Origin: a virus
DNA: 64,000 bases
IMG/VR virus record: IMGVR_UViG_3300032246_000761
Location: 5,099 to 69,098 of that record
Direction: 5' to 3' (one strand)
Of this stretch, positions 36,980 to 47,463 are shown piece after piece. The first letter of the stretch is position 1. Every line of letters begins with the position of its first letter. The notes below the pieces were generated by a model that worked only from the letters and a program-made list of their open reading frames with translations, was not told where the DNA came from and made no database searches. The position numbers were made by a program, and so were the translations under genes.

Positions 36980-39900
36980 ATGCCAAGTCCAACAGACTTT
37001 AACCAATCACCTTATTTTGATGATTATAATCAGGATAAAAAGTTTCATAGAGTACTATTTCGTCCAGGTTATGCTGTACAAGCAAGAGAATTAACACAGT
37101 CTCAATCGATACTTCAAAATCAAGTAGAAAGAATATCCGACCATCTTTTCCAAAAAGGTGCAATGATAATTCCAGGTGAAATTGGATTTGATCTAAATTA
37201 CTATGCTGTTAAATTAACATCTAAAACATATTCAGATATATCATCTTATATTGGTAAAAAATTAACAGGTGTAACTTCAGGTGTTGTTGCTACTTGTATT
37301 AATGCTTCCACAACTGATGGAACAGATCCTGATACTTTATATGTAAAATATACTTCCACAGGAACTAATAATTCTGCAATTTTTTTTTCTGATGGAGAAA
37401 CTATTAATGCTACAGAAATAGAAAATGTAACAGTTTTAGCAACTGCCATTGTAAATACAACAGCCACCGGTTCTGCTGCTAATATTGCTGCTGGTGTTTA
37501 TTATATTAATGGATTTCACGTATCGGTTTTAGAACAAACAATTATTTTAGACAAATATACAAATACGCCAAGTTATAGAATTGGTTTAGAAATTGAAGAT
37601 AGTGTTGTAACTCCCAATGACGATTCTTCTTTAAATGATAACGCTCAAGGTTCTTCAAATTTCAATGCACCTGGTGCTTGGAGATTTAAAATAGATTTAG
37701 TATTATCAAAAAGAACATTAACATCAACAGATGATGCTAACTTTGTAGAATTATTAAGATTATCAAATGGTATAAGATTAAATCAAGTTACATCTACTGC
37801 ATATAATGTATTAGAAGATACTTTAGCAAGAAGAACATATGATGAATCTGGAGATTATATTGTAAAAGATTTTGACATTGATATGAGAGAACATTTATTG
37901 ATAGGAAATAACAGAGGTATATACACTTCACCTACAGGAGATGCGAATCTATTAGCTGCTGGACTTTCTCCAGGAAAAGCATATGTAAAAGGTTATGAAA
38001 TAGAAAAAATTGGAACAACTTATGTTGAAGTAGATAAGGCTAGAGATTACGCTACGGAAAATAATTTTAAAACAAGATTTAATCTACAAAATTATGTAAA
38101 CGTTACAAATATTTATGGTACACCAGATATAGGTTATGTTTCTGGTGATGTTGAGGCATTTAAAAATGTAAATTTATTTGACACTGCAACATCAGCAAGA
38201 GGAACACAACAATCAACTACAGGGGCTAAAGTACCTCAAATAGGTAGAGCTAAATCAAAAGGTTTTGAATTAAATAATGGAACAGCATCATCATTTATAT
38301 TTGCAAGTTCTAGTTTAACAAGTTCTGTTTATAAACATTATCTATTTGATATAGAAATGTTTACACACTTAAACGTAACTACTGCACCTTCATTTACTGA
38401 TGGAGAAAAGATTTCAGGAGGAACTTCTGGCGCTTATGGTTATAAACAATCTATTACATCTACTAAATCAGCAACAATATCAGCAGTTACAAAAGCAAAT
38501 CCAGGTGTTGTAACAGCAACCGCACATACATTTAAAGAAGGACAACAAGTTACAATTTCAAGTGTTGTTGGTATGACACAATTAAATAGCAATGTTTACA
38601 CTGTAAGAAATCCTGCAACAGATACTTTTGAATTATATTCTACAGATGGCACAACTAAAGTTGATACTACAGGTTATACAACTTATACTTCGGGTGGTAC
38701 AGCAACTCATGGTGTTATCGTTCTTAATAACGTAACAGGAACATTTATAGCTGGAGAAACTATTACTGGTGCTACATCTTCAGTTACAGCAGTTATTCAA
38801 TCAAACGCAGTTAATTTTAAAGGTGTACAGAAATTTGATTTTTCACAAGTAAAACAAATTGGTATGTCAGGTTCTCCTACATTTACTGCTGATACATCTA
38901 CAGATTCAGTATATGGAAATTCTTATCAACTATATGGTAATTTTTCAGTAGCAAATAGTGGAACAACAGTTACAGGATTTGGTACACTATTTACTACAGA
39001 ATTAAGAATAGGAGATTCTGTTACATTTACTAATGATGCAGGTTCTTCAGTTACTCGTATAATAGAATCTATTACATCTAATACAAATTTAGAATTTTCT
39101 GTTGCAGTTGGTGGAAGTGATGTATCAACTAAAACAACTGGATTTAGAAAAAGAACTTTATTACAAGGATCAAATTTAAATACTTCTATCTTCAAATTAC
39201 CATACAAAAGAATTAAAACATTAAAGACCGCTACAAATAGTGGATCTTCTGATACAAGTCTTTACATAAGACGACATTATACAGCAACATTATCTTCAGG
39301 TTCAGCTACAATAACTGCTGGAACAAACGAAACATTTGTTAGTTTAACTGAAAAAGATTTCTCAGTATCTATTATGTCTGGTGCTGGTTCAGGAACTACG
39401 GGTGATATTATGAGTTTATCTGGTAATAATGGAAATGGTAATCCAATATTTGTATTAGGTGGTTCTCCAACAGGAAAAACATTAACACTAGATTTTGGTT
39501 CAGCATATTCAAATTCAAAAATTAAAATACTTGCAACAGTTTCAAGATCAGTTACAAATGAAAAATCTAAAACATTAAACTCTGGTTCTACAATTGCAAT
39601 TTCAAGTCAAACTACAATTCAATCAGGAGTTATCGGTTTAGGTAAAGCAGACGTTTATAAAATAAACAGTATTTACATGTCTCCAGATTTTAGTACGCCT
39701 GCAACAACAAGTCATACGGTTGTTACTTCAAGATTTAATTTAGACAATGGACAAAGAGATAATTTTTATGACATTGGTAGAATAAAATTAAAAACAGGCG
39801 CAATAGCTCCAACAGGAAGATTATTAATTAATTTTGATTATTTTTCTCACGGATCAGGAGATTATTTTAGCGTTGATTCTTATTCAGGTGTAATAGATTA

Positions 39901-42900
39901 TACAAATATAACAAGTTATACTTCAGATACTACAGGAACTGTTTATGATCTAAGAGATTGTTTAGACTTTAGACCAAGAGTTGATGATGCGTCAACTGTA
40001 TTAAGTGCTACACAAGATAGACAATATAGTGGAACAGGAGCTTCAACAATAGATGCGGTTCAATTCAATTCAGATGTAACTGCTGATTTTGAATACTATT
40101 TACCTAGAGTTGATAAAATATTTTTAGATAAAGATGGAAATTTTAAAGTTTCACAAGGTTCAAGTTCTTTAAATCCACAATTACCTAAAAACATAGACAA
40201 TGCTATGCAAATAGCAACTATTTTTTTAAATGCTTATACTTTAAATACTACAGACTTATCAATTCAAAAAGTGGATAATAAACGTTACACTATGAGAGAC
40301 ATAGGTCGTTTAGAAAGTAGAATTGCTAATGTAGAATACTATACTCAATTATCTTTATTAGAATCAAACGCACAATCTTTACAAATACAAGATGCTGAAG
40401 GATTTGATAGATTTAAAAATGGTTTTATTGTAGATAATTTTACAGGCCACGGTGTTGGCGATGTAACAAATTTGGATTACAAAGTTTCTATGGATATGGC
40501 TAATGGTTTAATGAGACCAACTTACAACTCGGATTCTGTTAAATTTATTGAAGCTGCTAGTGATGGAACTACTATAACAGATGAAAAAAGAACATTAAAC
40601 AATTATCAAAGAACAGGTGATTTAATTACTTTACCTTATACAGAAGTTACTACAATAGAACAACCTTATGCAAGTCGTTATATCAATGTAAATCCTTTTA
40701 ATGTTTTTACATGGGCAGGCTCTGTTAATTTAGATCCATCAAGTGATGAATGGAAAGAAACAAATAGAATTCCTGATTTAATAATAAATCAACAAGGTTC
40801 TTTTGATACGATGGTTGCTAATTTAGGAAATCCAAATTTACAAGATATTGAAATCAGTACTGTATGGAATGAATGGCAAGATTTTTGGGCAGGAACGCCA
40901 GTTGAAACTACAGCCGGCGGAGATGCTTATAGAGGAAGAAATGCAGAAGCCGGAAATGGAAGAGGGGCAGGTGGTTGGACAGTTTTAGCTAGAGATATTA
41001 CAACAACATCATCACAACAAGTTTCACAAACTAGATCAGGTATTAGAACAGCTATAGTTCCTCAAATAGTTCAAACATCTTTAGGAGATAGAGTTTTAAG
41101 TGTTGCTTTTATTCCTTTTATTAGAAGTAGAACGATTAACTTTACATCAACAAGATTGAAACCTAATACTAGAGTTTATCCTTTCTTTGATAATGTTTCA
41201 ATTTCTTCTTACATAACACCAACAGGTGGTTCATTAGGAGGAAATTTAATAACAGATTCTAATGGTGCTGTATCGGGAACATTTACAATACCAGATCCTA
41301 CAAATGATTCAAATCCTAGATGGAGAACAGGAACTAAAGTATTTCGTTTAACAAGTTCTTCTACAAATAGTAATATAGAAGTGGAAACTTCTGCTGAATC
41401 TAATTATGTTGCTCAAGGTTCTTTAGAAACTGTACAAGGCAGTGTAATATCTACAAGAAATGCTCAGACAGTTAGACAAACAGTTACAGATACTCAAAAT
41501 ATTGTTAGAGCATCTACAAGAACAACACAAGAAATTATACAGTGGATTGATCCTATTGCACAAACTTTTTTAATTGATGATACGGGCGGTGTATTTATAA
41601 CCTCTATTGAAACATATTTTAAATCAAAAGATGCGAACATTCCTGTTACAATGCAAATAAGAGAAGTTGTAAATGGTTATCCATCAAGAACACTTATACC
41701 TTTTGGTGAAGTTGTTTTAAATCCTAGTGAAGTAAATATCAGTGATAATGCTACTGTAGCTACTAAATTTACTTTTCCTTCTCCTGTTTATTTACAAGAG
41801 AAAACGGAATATGCTTTTTGTCTATTAAGTAACTGTAATAGTTATAATGCTTATGTTGCTGGTATTGGTGAAACTCAAATAGATTCGGATAGAACTATAT
41901 CTGAAAATCCTTATGCTGGTGTTTTATTTAAATCACAAAACGGTTCTACATGGACAGCAGATCAAACAACAGATATAAAATTTAAAATTAATAGAGCAGA
42001 ATTTAATAATAATATTGGTACAGTTACATTAGTAAACAATACTTTACCTACAAAAACTTTACCAAACAATTCATTAAGAACAACTAATACTTCAGGTGTT
42101 ATTAGAGTATTCCATAGAAATCATGGTATGCACGGAACAGAAAACAGTGTTACTATTTCCGGTGTTGCTGCTGGAACTTATAATGGTATAGTTCATACAG
42201 CAATCAATGGAACATATACAAGTATTTCTAATGTAACTTTAGATAGTTATGATATAACAACAGCTGGTACAGCTACCGCTTCGGGGGATATAGGTGGAAC
42301 AACAGTTCAGGTAACTCAAAATAGATTATTTGATGTTGCAAATTTAAATATTCAAACATTAACGGTTTCTAACACTTATATAAGTTATGGTATGCAAACC
42401 ACATCTGGTAAATCCATACATGGTTCTGAGACAGAATTTAATTTAACGGCTTTATCTAATTCTTTAAGTATAATTCCAGGAAGCAATATATATTTTACAT
42501 CACCTCAAATGGTTGCTAGCCAAATTAATGAAACAAATCACATGAGTGGTTCTAAATCATTATTTGTCAATCTATCTTTATATACAGATAATACAAAAGT
42601 TTCTCCTGTAATTGATACCTCGAGAATGAGTATGGTTACAGTACAAAACAGATTAAATTCACCAACATCTGGTAATACACCTAATTTTATTGATGCGACA
42701 GCTCCTTCGGGATCTTCATCAGCTGCAATATATGTAACAAGACCTGTTATTTTGGAAAATGTTTCTACAGCTTTAGATGTTAGACTTACTGCAAATGTAA
42801 GATCAAGTTCTACTATAAAAGTTTACTATAGAATTACAGGTGCTTCTGAAGTTAGAAATATAACTGATTTATCTTGGACACCATTTAATACGGATGGTTC

Positions 42901-43075
42901 TGAAGATGTTGCCGTAACTCCTGCTTTAAATGACAGTATATTTAATGAATACAAATATTCATCAAATAACATTACAGGATTTACAGCATTTCAAATTAAA
43001 ATAGTATTAAAAGGAACTAATTCTTCTTATCCTCCAATTGTAAAAGATTTAAGGGGAATAGCATTAGCACTTTAG
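36980..43075 (+). CDS. Large virion structural protein (VrlC/DUF4815-like)
   Basis: PYFDDY...FHRVLFRPGYAVQARELTQSQSILQNQ, RRTYDESGDY, DRFKNGFIVDNF and DPIAQTF motifs. Confidence 0.85.
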   Translation: MPSPTDFNQSPYFDDYNQDKKFHRVLFRPGYAVQARELTQSQSILQNQVERISDHLFQKGAMIIPGEIGFDLNYYAVKLTSKTYSDISSYIGKKLTGVTSGVVATCINASTTDGTDPDTLYVKYTSTGTNNSAIFFSDGETINATEIENVTVLATAIVNTTATGSAANIAAGVYYINGFHVSVLEQTIILDKYTNTPSYRIGLEIEDSVVTPNDDSSLNDNAQGSSNFNAPGAWRFKIDLVLSKRTLTSTDDANFVELLRLSNGIRLNQVTSTAYNVLEDTLARRTYDESGDYIVKDFDIDMREHLLIGNNRGIYTSPTGDANLLAAGLSPGKAYVKGYEIEKIGTTYVEVDKARDYATENNFKTRFNLQNYVNVTNIYGTPDIGYVSGDVEAFKNVNLFDTATSARGTQQSTTGAKVPQIGRAKSKGFELNNGTASSFIFASSSLTSSVYKHYLFDIEMFTHLNVTTAPSFTDGEKISGGTSGAYGYKQSITSTKSATISAVTKANPGVVTATAHTFKEGQQVTISSVVGMTQLNSNVYTVRNPATDTFELYSTDGTTKVDTTGYTTYTSGGTATHGVIVLNNVTGTFIAGETITGATSSVTAVIQSNAVNFKGVQKFDFSQVKQIGMSGSPTFTADTSTDSVYGNSYQLYGNFSVANSGTTVTGFGTLFTTELRIGDSVTFTNDAGSSVTRIIESITSNTNLEFSVAVGGSDVSTKTTGFRKRTLLQGSNLNTSIFKLPYKRIKTLKTATNSGSSDTSLYIRRHYTATLSSGSATITAGTNETFVSLTEKDFSVSIMSGAGSGTTGDIMSLSGNNGNGNPIFVLGGSPTGKTLTLDFGSAYSNSKIKILATVSRSVTNEKSKTLNSGSTIAISSQTTIQSGVIGLGKADVYKINSIYMSPDFSTPATTSHTVVTSRFNLDNGQRDNFYDIGRIKLKTGAIAPTGRLLINFDYFSHGSGDYFSVDSYSGVIDYTNITSYTSDTTGTVYDLRDCLDFRPRVDDASTVLSATQDRQYSGTGASTIDAVQFNSDVTADFEYYLPRVDKIFLDKDGNFKVSQGSSSLNPQLPKNIDNAMQIATIFLNAYTLNTTDLSIQKVDNKRYTMRDIGRLESRIANVEYYTQLSLLESNAQSLQIQDAEGFDRFKNGFIVDNFTGHGVGDVTNLDYKVSMDMANGLMRPTYNSDSVKFIEAASDGTTITDEKRTLNNYQRTGDLITLPYTEVTTIEQPYASRYINVNPFNVFTWAGSVNLDPSSDEWKETNRIPDLIINQQGSFDTMVANLGNPNLQDIEISTVWNEWQDFWAGTPVETTAGGDAYRGRNAEAGNGRGAGGWTVLARDITTTSSQQVSQTRSGIRTAIVPQIVQTSLGDRVLSVAFIPFIRSRTINFTSTRLKPNTRVYPFFDNVSISSYITPTGGSLGGNLITDSNGAVSGTFTIPDPTNDSNPRWRTGTKVFRLTSSSTNSNIEVETSAESNYVAQGSLETVQGSVISTRNAQTVRQTVTDTQNIVRASTRTTQEIIQWIDPIAQTFLIDDTGGVFITSIETYFKSKDANIPVTMQIREVVNGYPSRTLIPFGEVVLNPSEVNISDNATVATKFTFPSPVYLQEKTEYAFCLLSNCNSYNAYVAGIGETQIDSDRTISENPYAGVLFKSQNGSTWTADQTTDIKFKINRAEFNNNIGTVTLVNNTLPTKTLPNNSLRTTNTSGVIRVFHRNHGMHGTENSVTISGVAAGTYNGIVHTAINGTYTSISNVTLDSYDITTAGTATASGDIGGTTVQVTQNRLFDVANLNIQTLTVSNTYISYGMQTTSGKSIHGSETEFNLTALSNSLSIIPGSNIYFTSPQMVASQINETNHMSGSKSLFVNLSLYTDNTKVSPVIDTSRMSMVTVQNRLNSPTSGNTPNFIDATAPSGSSSAAIYVTRPVILENVSTALDVRLTANVRSSSTIKVYYRITGASEVRNITDLSWTPFNTDGSEDVAVTPALNDSIFNEYKYSSNNITGFTAFQIKIVLKGTNSSYPPIVKDLRGIALAL

Positions 43076-43081
43076 GAACTT

Positions 43082-43300
43082 ATGAGATTAAAGGTTGAAG
43101 GACATGATTCATTGGTTAGAGATGTTAATTCTAATGCTATCATTAATACATCTAAAACTGATTATGAATTTTATTTAAAAAGAGTTAAATCAAGAGAACA
43201 ACAAGGTGATGAAATAAGAAATGCGGTTAAAGAAATAAATACTTTAAAGACAGAGTTAGAAGAAATTAAAGTTTTATTAAAAGAGGTTTTAAAAAAATAA
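43082..43300 (+). CDS. Conserved small virion-associated protein
   Basis: KVEGHDSLVRDVNSNAIIN followed by a coiled coil; usual neighbour of VrlC-like genes. Confidence 0.75.
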   Translation: MRLKVEGHDSLVRDVNSNAIINTSKTDYEFYLKRVKSREQQGDEIRNAVKEINTLKTELEEIKVLLKEVLKK

Positions 43301-43303
43301 CAA

Positions 43304-44704
43304 ATGGCATATACAATAATTAATACTACAGATACACTAGAACAAATGCGAGTTAAGTTAAACAACTTGACTACAAATGATTTTGGCAATCCTGCTTTAT
43401 TGGCGCCAGCTGGTATAGCATCAACATCTATTGTTGGTGCTGTTATAGAATTAGCAGCAATTGCTTATTCTGGCGCAGGTTGGTCGGTTAAAGATTCAGC
43501 AAATAACATTCAAGGTATTGGTTCGGGAGAAACATTAAGAGTATTAGGAACAACAAATCAAATTAATGCTGTTGTAAGCGCTACAGATACTTTAACTTTA
43601 AGTTTACCAACAAATGTTATTATATCTGGTTATTTTCAAGGTAGTAACTTTTCCACAAGTTCAGGAAACATAACAGCTAGCGGAACATTACACACATTAG
43701 GTACAATAGAAATCAGTGGTAATAATATTAGATCAACAGATTCTACTACAGTTAGAATTAATGATTCTTTAAGTATTAATGGTACTGTGTCGGCAACTTC
43801 AATATCTTCAACAGGATCTATTTCGGGAACCACTATTACAGGTACTGGTGCTGTTTCTGGAACAACTATTACAGGTTCATCTACAATTCAAGGTTCTGAT
43901 TTAGTTTTAACAGGTTCATTAGGAATTCAATTTGAAGGATCTACCGCAGATAATTTTGAAACAACTTTAGTTGTTGTTGATCCAACAGCTGATAGAACAA
44001 TTACATTACCAAATGTAACGGGTACGGTTGTTACTACAGGTGATGTAGGTACTGTTACGAGTACTATGATTGCTGATGGTACTATTAATAATGATGATAT
44101 TGCTGATGGAACTATTAGAGGTTCTAAATTAAATTTAGCTTCAGATTCAGTAACATTTGGTACAGTTACAGCATCTAATTTTATAGGAACATCATTAATT
44201 GCTTCTACTATAGCATTAAGTTCTGATAATAGTTCTAATACTACAAACTATTTAACTTTTTCTGCTACTGCAACAGGAAATCAAAGTTTAAAAACAGATA
44301 CAGATTTATCTTACAATCCTTCTACAAATGTTTTATCTACAACTGCTACTGCAGCAAGATATGCCGATTTAGCCGAGATTTATGAAACGGATGAAGAATA
44401 TGAAGTTGGTACTGTTATAATGATTGGTGGAGAAAAAGAAGTTACAAAATCTTTTGTTGGTTGTAGAGCAATTGGTGTTATATCGGAAAGACCTGCTTTT
44501 TTGATGAACGCAGAAGGAAAAGGTCAACCAGTTGCATTAAAAGGTCGTGTTAAAGTAAAAGTTTCAGGTCCTGTTAAAAAAGGAGATGAATTGGTTGCTG
44601 GTAATGACGGTTATGCTGCTACTATTAGTGAAGAATTTACAAAAGTATTTGCGATAGCATTAGAAGATAATGACAAAGGCTTAATCGAGGCAATTATACT
44701 ATAA
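43304..44704 (+). CDS. Tail fibre/spike protein with C-terminal intramolecular chaperone-like domain
   Basis: TDTLEQMRVKLN N-terminus, T/S/G-rich shaft, PTADRTITLPN, and C-terminal ARYADLAEIY...PVALKGRVKVKV. Confidence 0.75.
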   Translation: MAYTIINTTDTLEQMRVKLNNLTTNDFGNPALLAPAGIASTSIVGAVIELAAIAYSGAGWSVKDSANNIQGIGSGETLRVLGTTNQINAVVSATDTLTLSLPTNVIISGYFQGSNFSTSSGNITASGTLHTLGTIEISGNNIRSTDSTTVRINDSLSINGTVSATSISSTGSISGTTITGTGAVSGTTITGSSTIQGSDLVLTGSLGIQFEGSTADNFETTLVVVDPTADRTITLPNVTGTVVTTGDVGTVTSTMIADGTINNDDIADGTIRGSKLNLASDSVTFGTVTASNFIGTSLIASTIALSSDNSSNTTNYLTFSATATGNQSLKTDTDLSYNPSTNVLSTTATAARYADLAEIYETDEEYEVGTVIMIGGEKEVTKSFVGCRAIGVISERPAFLMNAEGKGQPVALKGRVKVKVSGPVKKGDELVAGNDGYAATISEEFTKVFAIALEDNDKGLIEAIIL

Positions 44705-44728
44705 TTTAATCGTACTAAATATTACAGT

Positions 44729-45178
44729 ATGATTGATGCTTTAACTGATGAAATTTTATCTTTCCCTAGATACGAAAACAATCAAATAATTTATATAGAT
44801 AAGGAAGGTAAAGACTATAAAGTTAAAGAAAAAATAACTTATGGTACTTGGATCAAAACCTACAAAGATATTCCTAATATAAAAATTGAAGGTTTAGAAG
44901 ATAAATCATTTCATTTAAAAATATTAAAAAATTTTAAATTAAATCATAAAGTAAATAGTGTTCATTTGTTTTACAATCAATATGGTGGATTTTCTTTTCC
45001 TGAACATGCGGATGACACTAACGTTCTTTTATATATTGTAAAAGGATCAAAAAAAGTTTATATAGATAAACATCCAGTTTTAGTAAAAGAAGAACAAGCT
45101 GTTTTTATACCAAAAGGATTAAAACACGAGGTTGATAGTTTACCAAACACTTGGGCATTAAGTATAGGATTTAACTAA
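44729..45178 (+). CDS. JmjC/cupin oxygenase (YcfD/ROX-like)
   Basis: SFPEHADDTNVLLYIVKGSKKV and FIPKGLKHEV (HxD...H). Confidence 0.75.
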   Translation: MIDALTDEILSFPRYENNQIIYIDKEGKDYKVKEKITYGTWIKTYKDIPNIKIEGLEDKSFHLKILKNFKLNHKVNSVHLFYNQYGGFSFPEHADDTNVLLYIVKGSKKVYIDKHPVLVKEEQAVFIPKGLKHEVDSLPNTWALSIGFN

Positions 45179-46215
45179 TGAATTGGATGTTTTATTTAAA
45201 GACAACGGAAACTTGTCAATTAAATTGCAAACACTGTTTTACTAGTGGTATAAACGGTAAAAAAATTTACTTTGATCATTTCAAAACAATAGATTTTATA
45301 AAAAGATTTAGACAATATTTTAATAAAGATGAAGATACTATTCATTTAGAATTTCATGGAGGCGAACCATTTTTAGCGCCTGTATCTCATATGAACAAAG
45401 TATATGAAGAATGTAAAGACTTGTGGCCAAGTATGTCATGGGGTATAACTTCAAATCTTGTTTTTAAATTAAAAGATGAACATTACGAATTTATAAAAGG
45501 ACCTTTAAACAATCGTATAGGTACTAGTTGGGATCCTAAGATACGATTTGAAAATGATGCACAATATAATTTATGGGAAAAAAATGTAAAAGATTTGTTA
45601 AATCTCGGTGTTACAATTAAATTATTTATCAGTGTAACTAAAGATACTATAACAATGGAACCAATTAAATTATTAAAGTGGATCAAAGAGTTGGGAGTAC
45701 AAGAGATATCATTTGAACGATTAACAGGTAATGGTAATGCTAAATTACATCCTGAGATATTTCCTGATAATATAGAACAAGATAAATGGTTTCTTAAAAT
45801 GCACAATCAGTCTAAACAGTTTGATTGTAGGAGTTGGTTTGATAATGAAACATTAGAAGTGATATACAGTAAATTTGAAACAGGGTTTTTAAAAGGTGGT
45901 ACGTTTTGTAGAGACTGTGAACAGAAGATATTTACAATAAACGCAGATGGTACAATATCTGGATGCCCCAATTCTGCACCGGAGTTCTCGTTTGGTACTA
46001 TAAATGACGATATACAAACCGTTATAAATAGTCCAGTTAGAATAGAAAACATTGCTTGTGAACGTTCAAGAAATCCTATATGTTTTTCTTGTGATGTTTT
46101 TGAGTTTTGTGGAGGCGATTGCCACCAACTTGCTTGGCAAGGTGATATATGTGGCGCACCTAAGAGTTTAATGAAGGAATTAAAAAGTAATATAAAATAT
46201 GACAACGTTAAATAA
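45178..46215 (+). CDS. Radical SAM/SPASM enzyme 1
   Basis: CQLNCKHC, FHGGEP, and SPASM cysteines C..INADG..GCP...CFSCDVFEFCGGDC. Confidence 0.93.
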   Translation: MNWMFYLKTTETCQLNCKHCFTSGINGKKIYFDHFKTIDFIKRFRQYFNKDEDTIHLEFHGGEPFLAPVSHMNKVYEECKDLWPSMSWGITSNLVFKLKDEHYEFIKGPLNNRIGTSWDPKIRFENDAQYNLWEKNVKDLLNLGVTIKLFISVTKDTITMEPIKLLKWIKELGVQEISFERLTGNGNAKLHPEIFPDNIEQDKWFLKMHNQSKQFDCRSWFDNETLEVIYSKFETGFLKGGTFCRDCEQKIFTINADGTISGCPNSAPEFSFGTINDDIQTVINSPVRIENIACERSRNPICFSCDVFEFCGGDCHQLAWQGDICGAPKSLMKELKSNIKYDNVK

Positions 46216-46771
46216 TCCAATTACACCACAAAATATTGTGGATAGATTTAAAGATTTTGTAACAGATACAGCAAATTCAACTATTATTTGGGGAACAGAT
46301 AGTAAACCTTTTTCTCAAATGCCTGACGCCACGTTTGAAGGTACAACTGCTGGAACTACGATAACATCTACAGGTTCTTCTATAGGTACAAGTGGCGGTA
46401 TAATTACAGCTGTTAATATTGTAAATGCTTTACTTACTGAAACTGCTCTTTATACTAACATAAGAAATTTAAGAGCATTATTAAATGTTACAGGTGGTGG
46501 TGGAAATAATGGAAGTTATGGATCTCCTGGTATAATTTATGATGCTACTAGTAAGGCAAATTTAAATATTACATATAGACAAACTTTAAATTCTGTTAAT
46601 GTATCAAGTGTGAGTACAAATAATACTATAACATCATCTAATTTGGAAACATTTTTTACAAATTTACAAACAGAATATAGCACACAATCTGCTAATACAC
46701 AAACAATACAAGTGGACGTATGCCATGCAAGTTGTCATAGTTCATGCCACAGCAACAGAGGAAGAAGATAA
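46199..46771 (+). CDS. Putative modified substrate/precursor: T/S/G/N-rich protein with C-terminal (CHxS)3-like motif
   Basis: Ends VDVCHASCHSSCHSNRGRR*. All Cys and His residues of the 190-aa protein lie in this tail. Confidence 0.7.
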   Translation: MTTLNNPITPQNIVDRFKDFVTDTANSTIIWGTDSKPFSQMPDATFEGTTAGTTITSTGSSIGTSGGIITAVNIVNALLTETALYTNIRNLRALLNVTGGGGNNGSYGSPGIIYDATSKANLNITYRQTLNSVNVSSVSTNNTITSSNLETFFTNLQTEYSTQSANTQTIQVDVCHASCHSSCHSNRGRR

Positions 46772-47463
46772 TGCAAATAATTGAAACAACGGCACCAATA
46801 TCAATAGAAGATTTAAAAAAATATTTTACAAATAAAGACACCTTTTATATAATTGATTGTTCTAAAAGTCAAATGAAAGGATCAAAATTATTAACATATT
46901 TAAGTAATTTGGATTTACCTGTAGATATAAAAGAACCAGATTTAGAATTACTTAAAGAATATTTTAATAGTATTTCTTTAGTAAATATCAATTCATTAGA
47001 AAATATTGCGATTAATGTTTTATTACAATATAAAGGTTTAGTTAAAGAAAATAATTATAAAGATTTTATTGAACAAAACAAAGAAATTATTTCTAAATGG
47101 TCTGATAAATTAGACAGTTTAACAATATTCAATGCTTACATTGTAAATTCTGATTTATTAAGAGATTATGCAAAAACTTTTCCAAAGGATGATACTAAAG
47201 ATTTAACAGGTGTTAATTTTTTAAGCCTATTAAAACATGAAAGATTTTATTCGTTTTATAATAAATTAAATAAAAATGTAAAATTTTATACTCATTATTT
47301 TGATGATTATATGTTTAGAGGTAAAAATTTGTTCAGTTTTTGGGGCAATCTAAATAATCCTATGTTTTTATTGACACTGGCAGTATCTCAAGGAAAAAAT
47401 AAAGATTATATAACAGCAAAAAAACAAGATAAGGAATTAATAAAAAATGTTACATCTATTTAA
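46771..47463 (+). CDS. Hypothetical protein of the rSAM cluster (likely start 46771)
   Basis: TAATG overlap; IETTAPISIEDLKKYF...LLTYLSNLDLP. Confidence 0.7.
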   Translation: MQIIETTAPISIEDLKKYFTNKDTFYIIDCSKSQMKGSKLLTYLSNLDLPVDIKEPDLELLKEYFNSISLVNINSLENIAINVLLQYKGLVKENNYKDFIEQNKEIISKWSDKLDSLTIFNAYIVNSDLLRDYAKTFPKDDTKDLTGVNFLSLLKHERFYSFYNKLNKNVKFYTHYFDDYMFRGKNLFSFWGNLNNPMFLLTLAVSQGKNKDYITAKKQDKELIKNVTSI

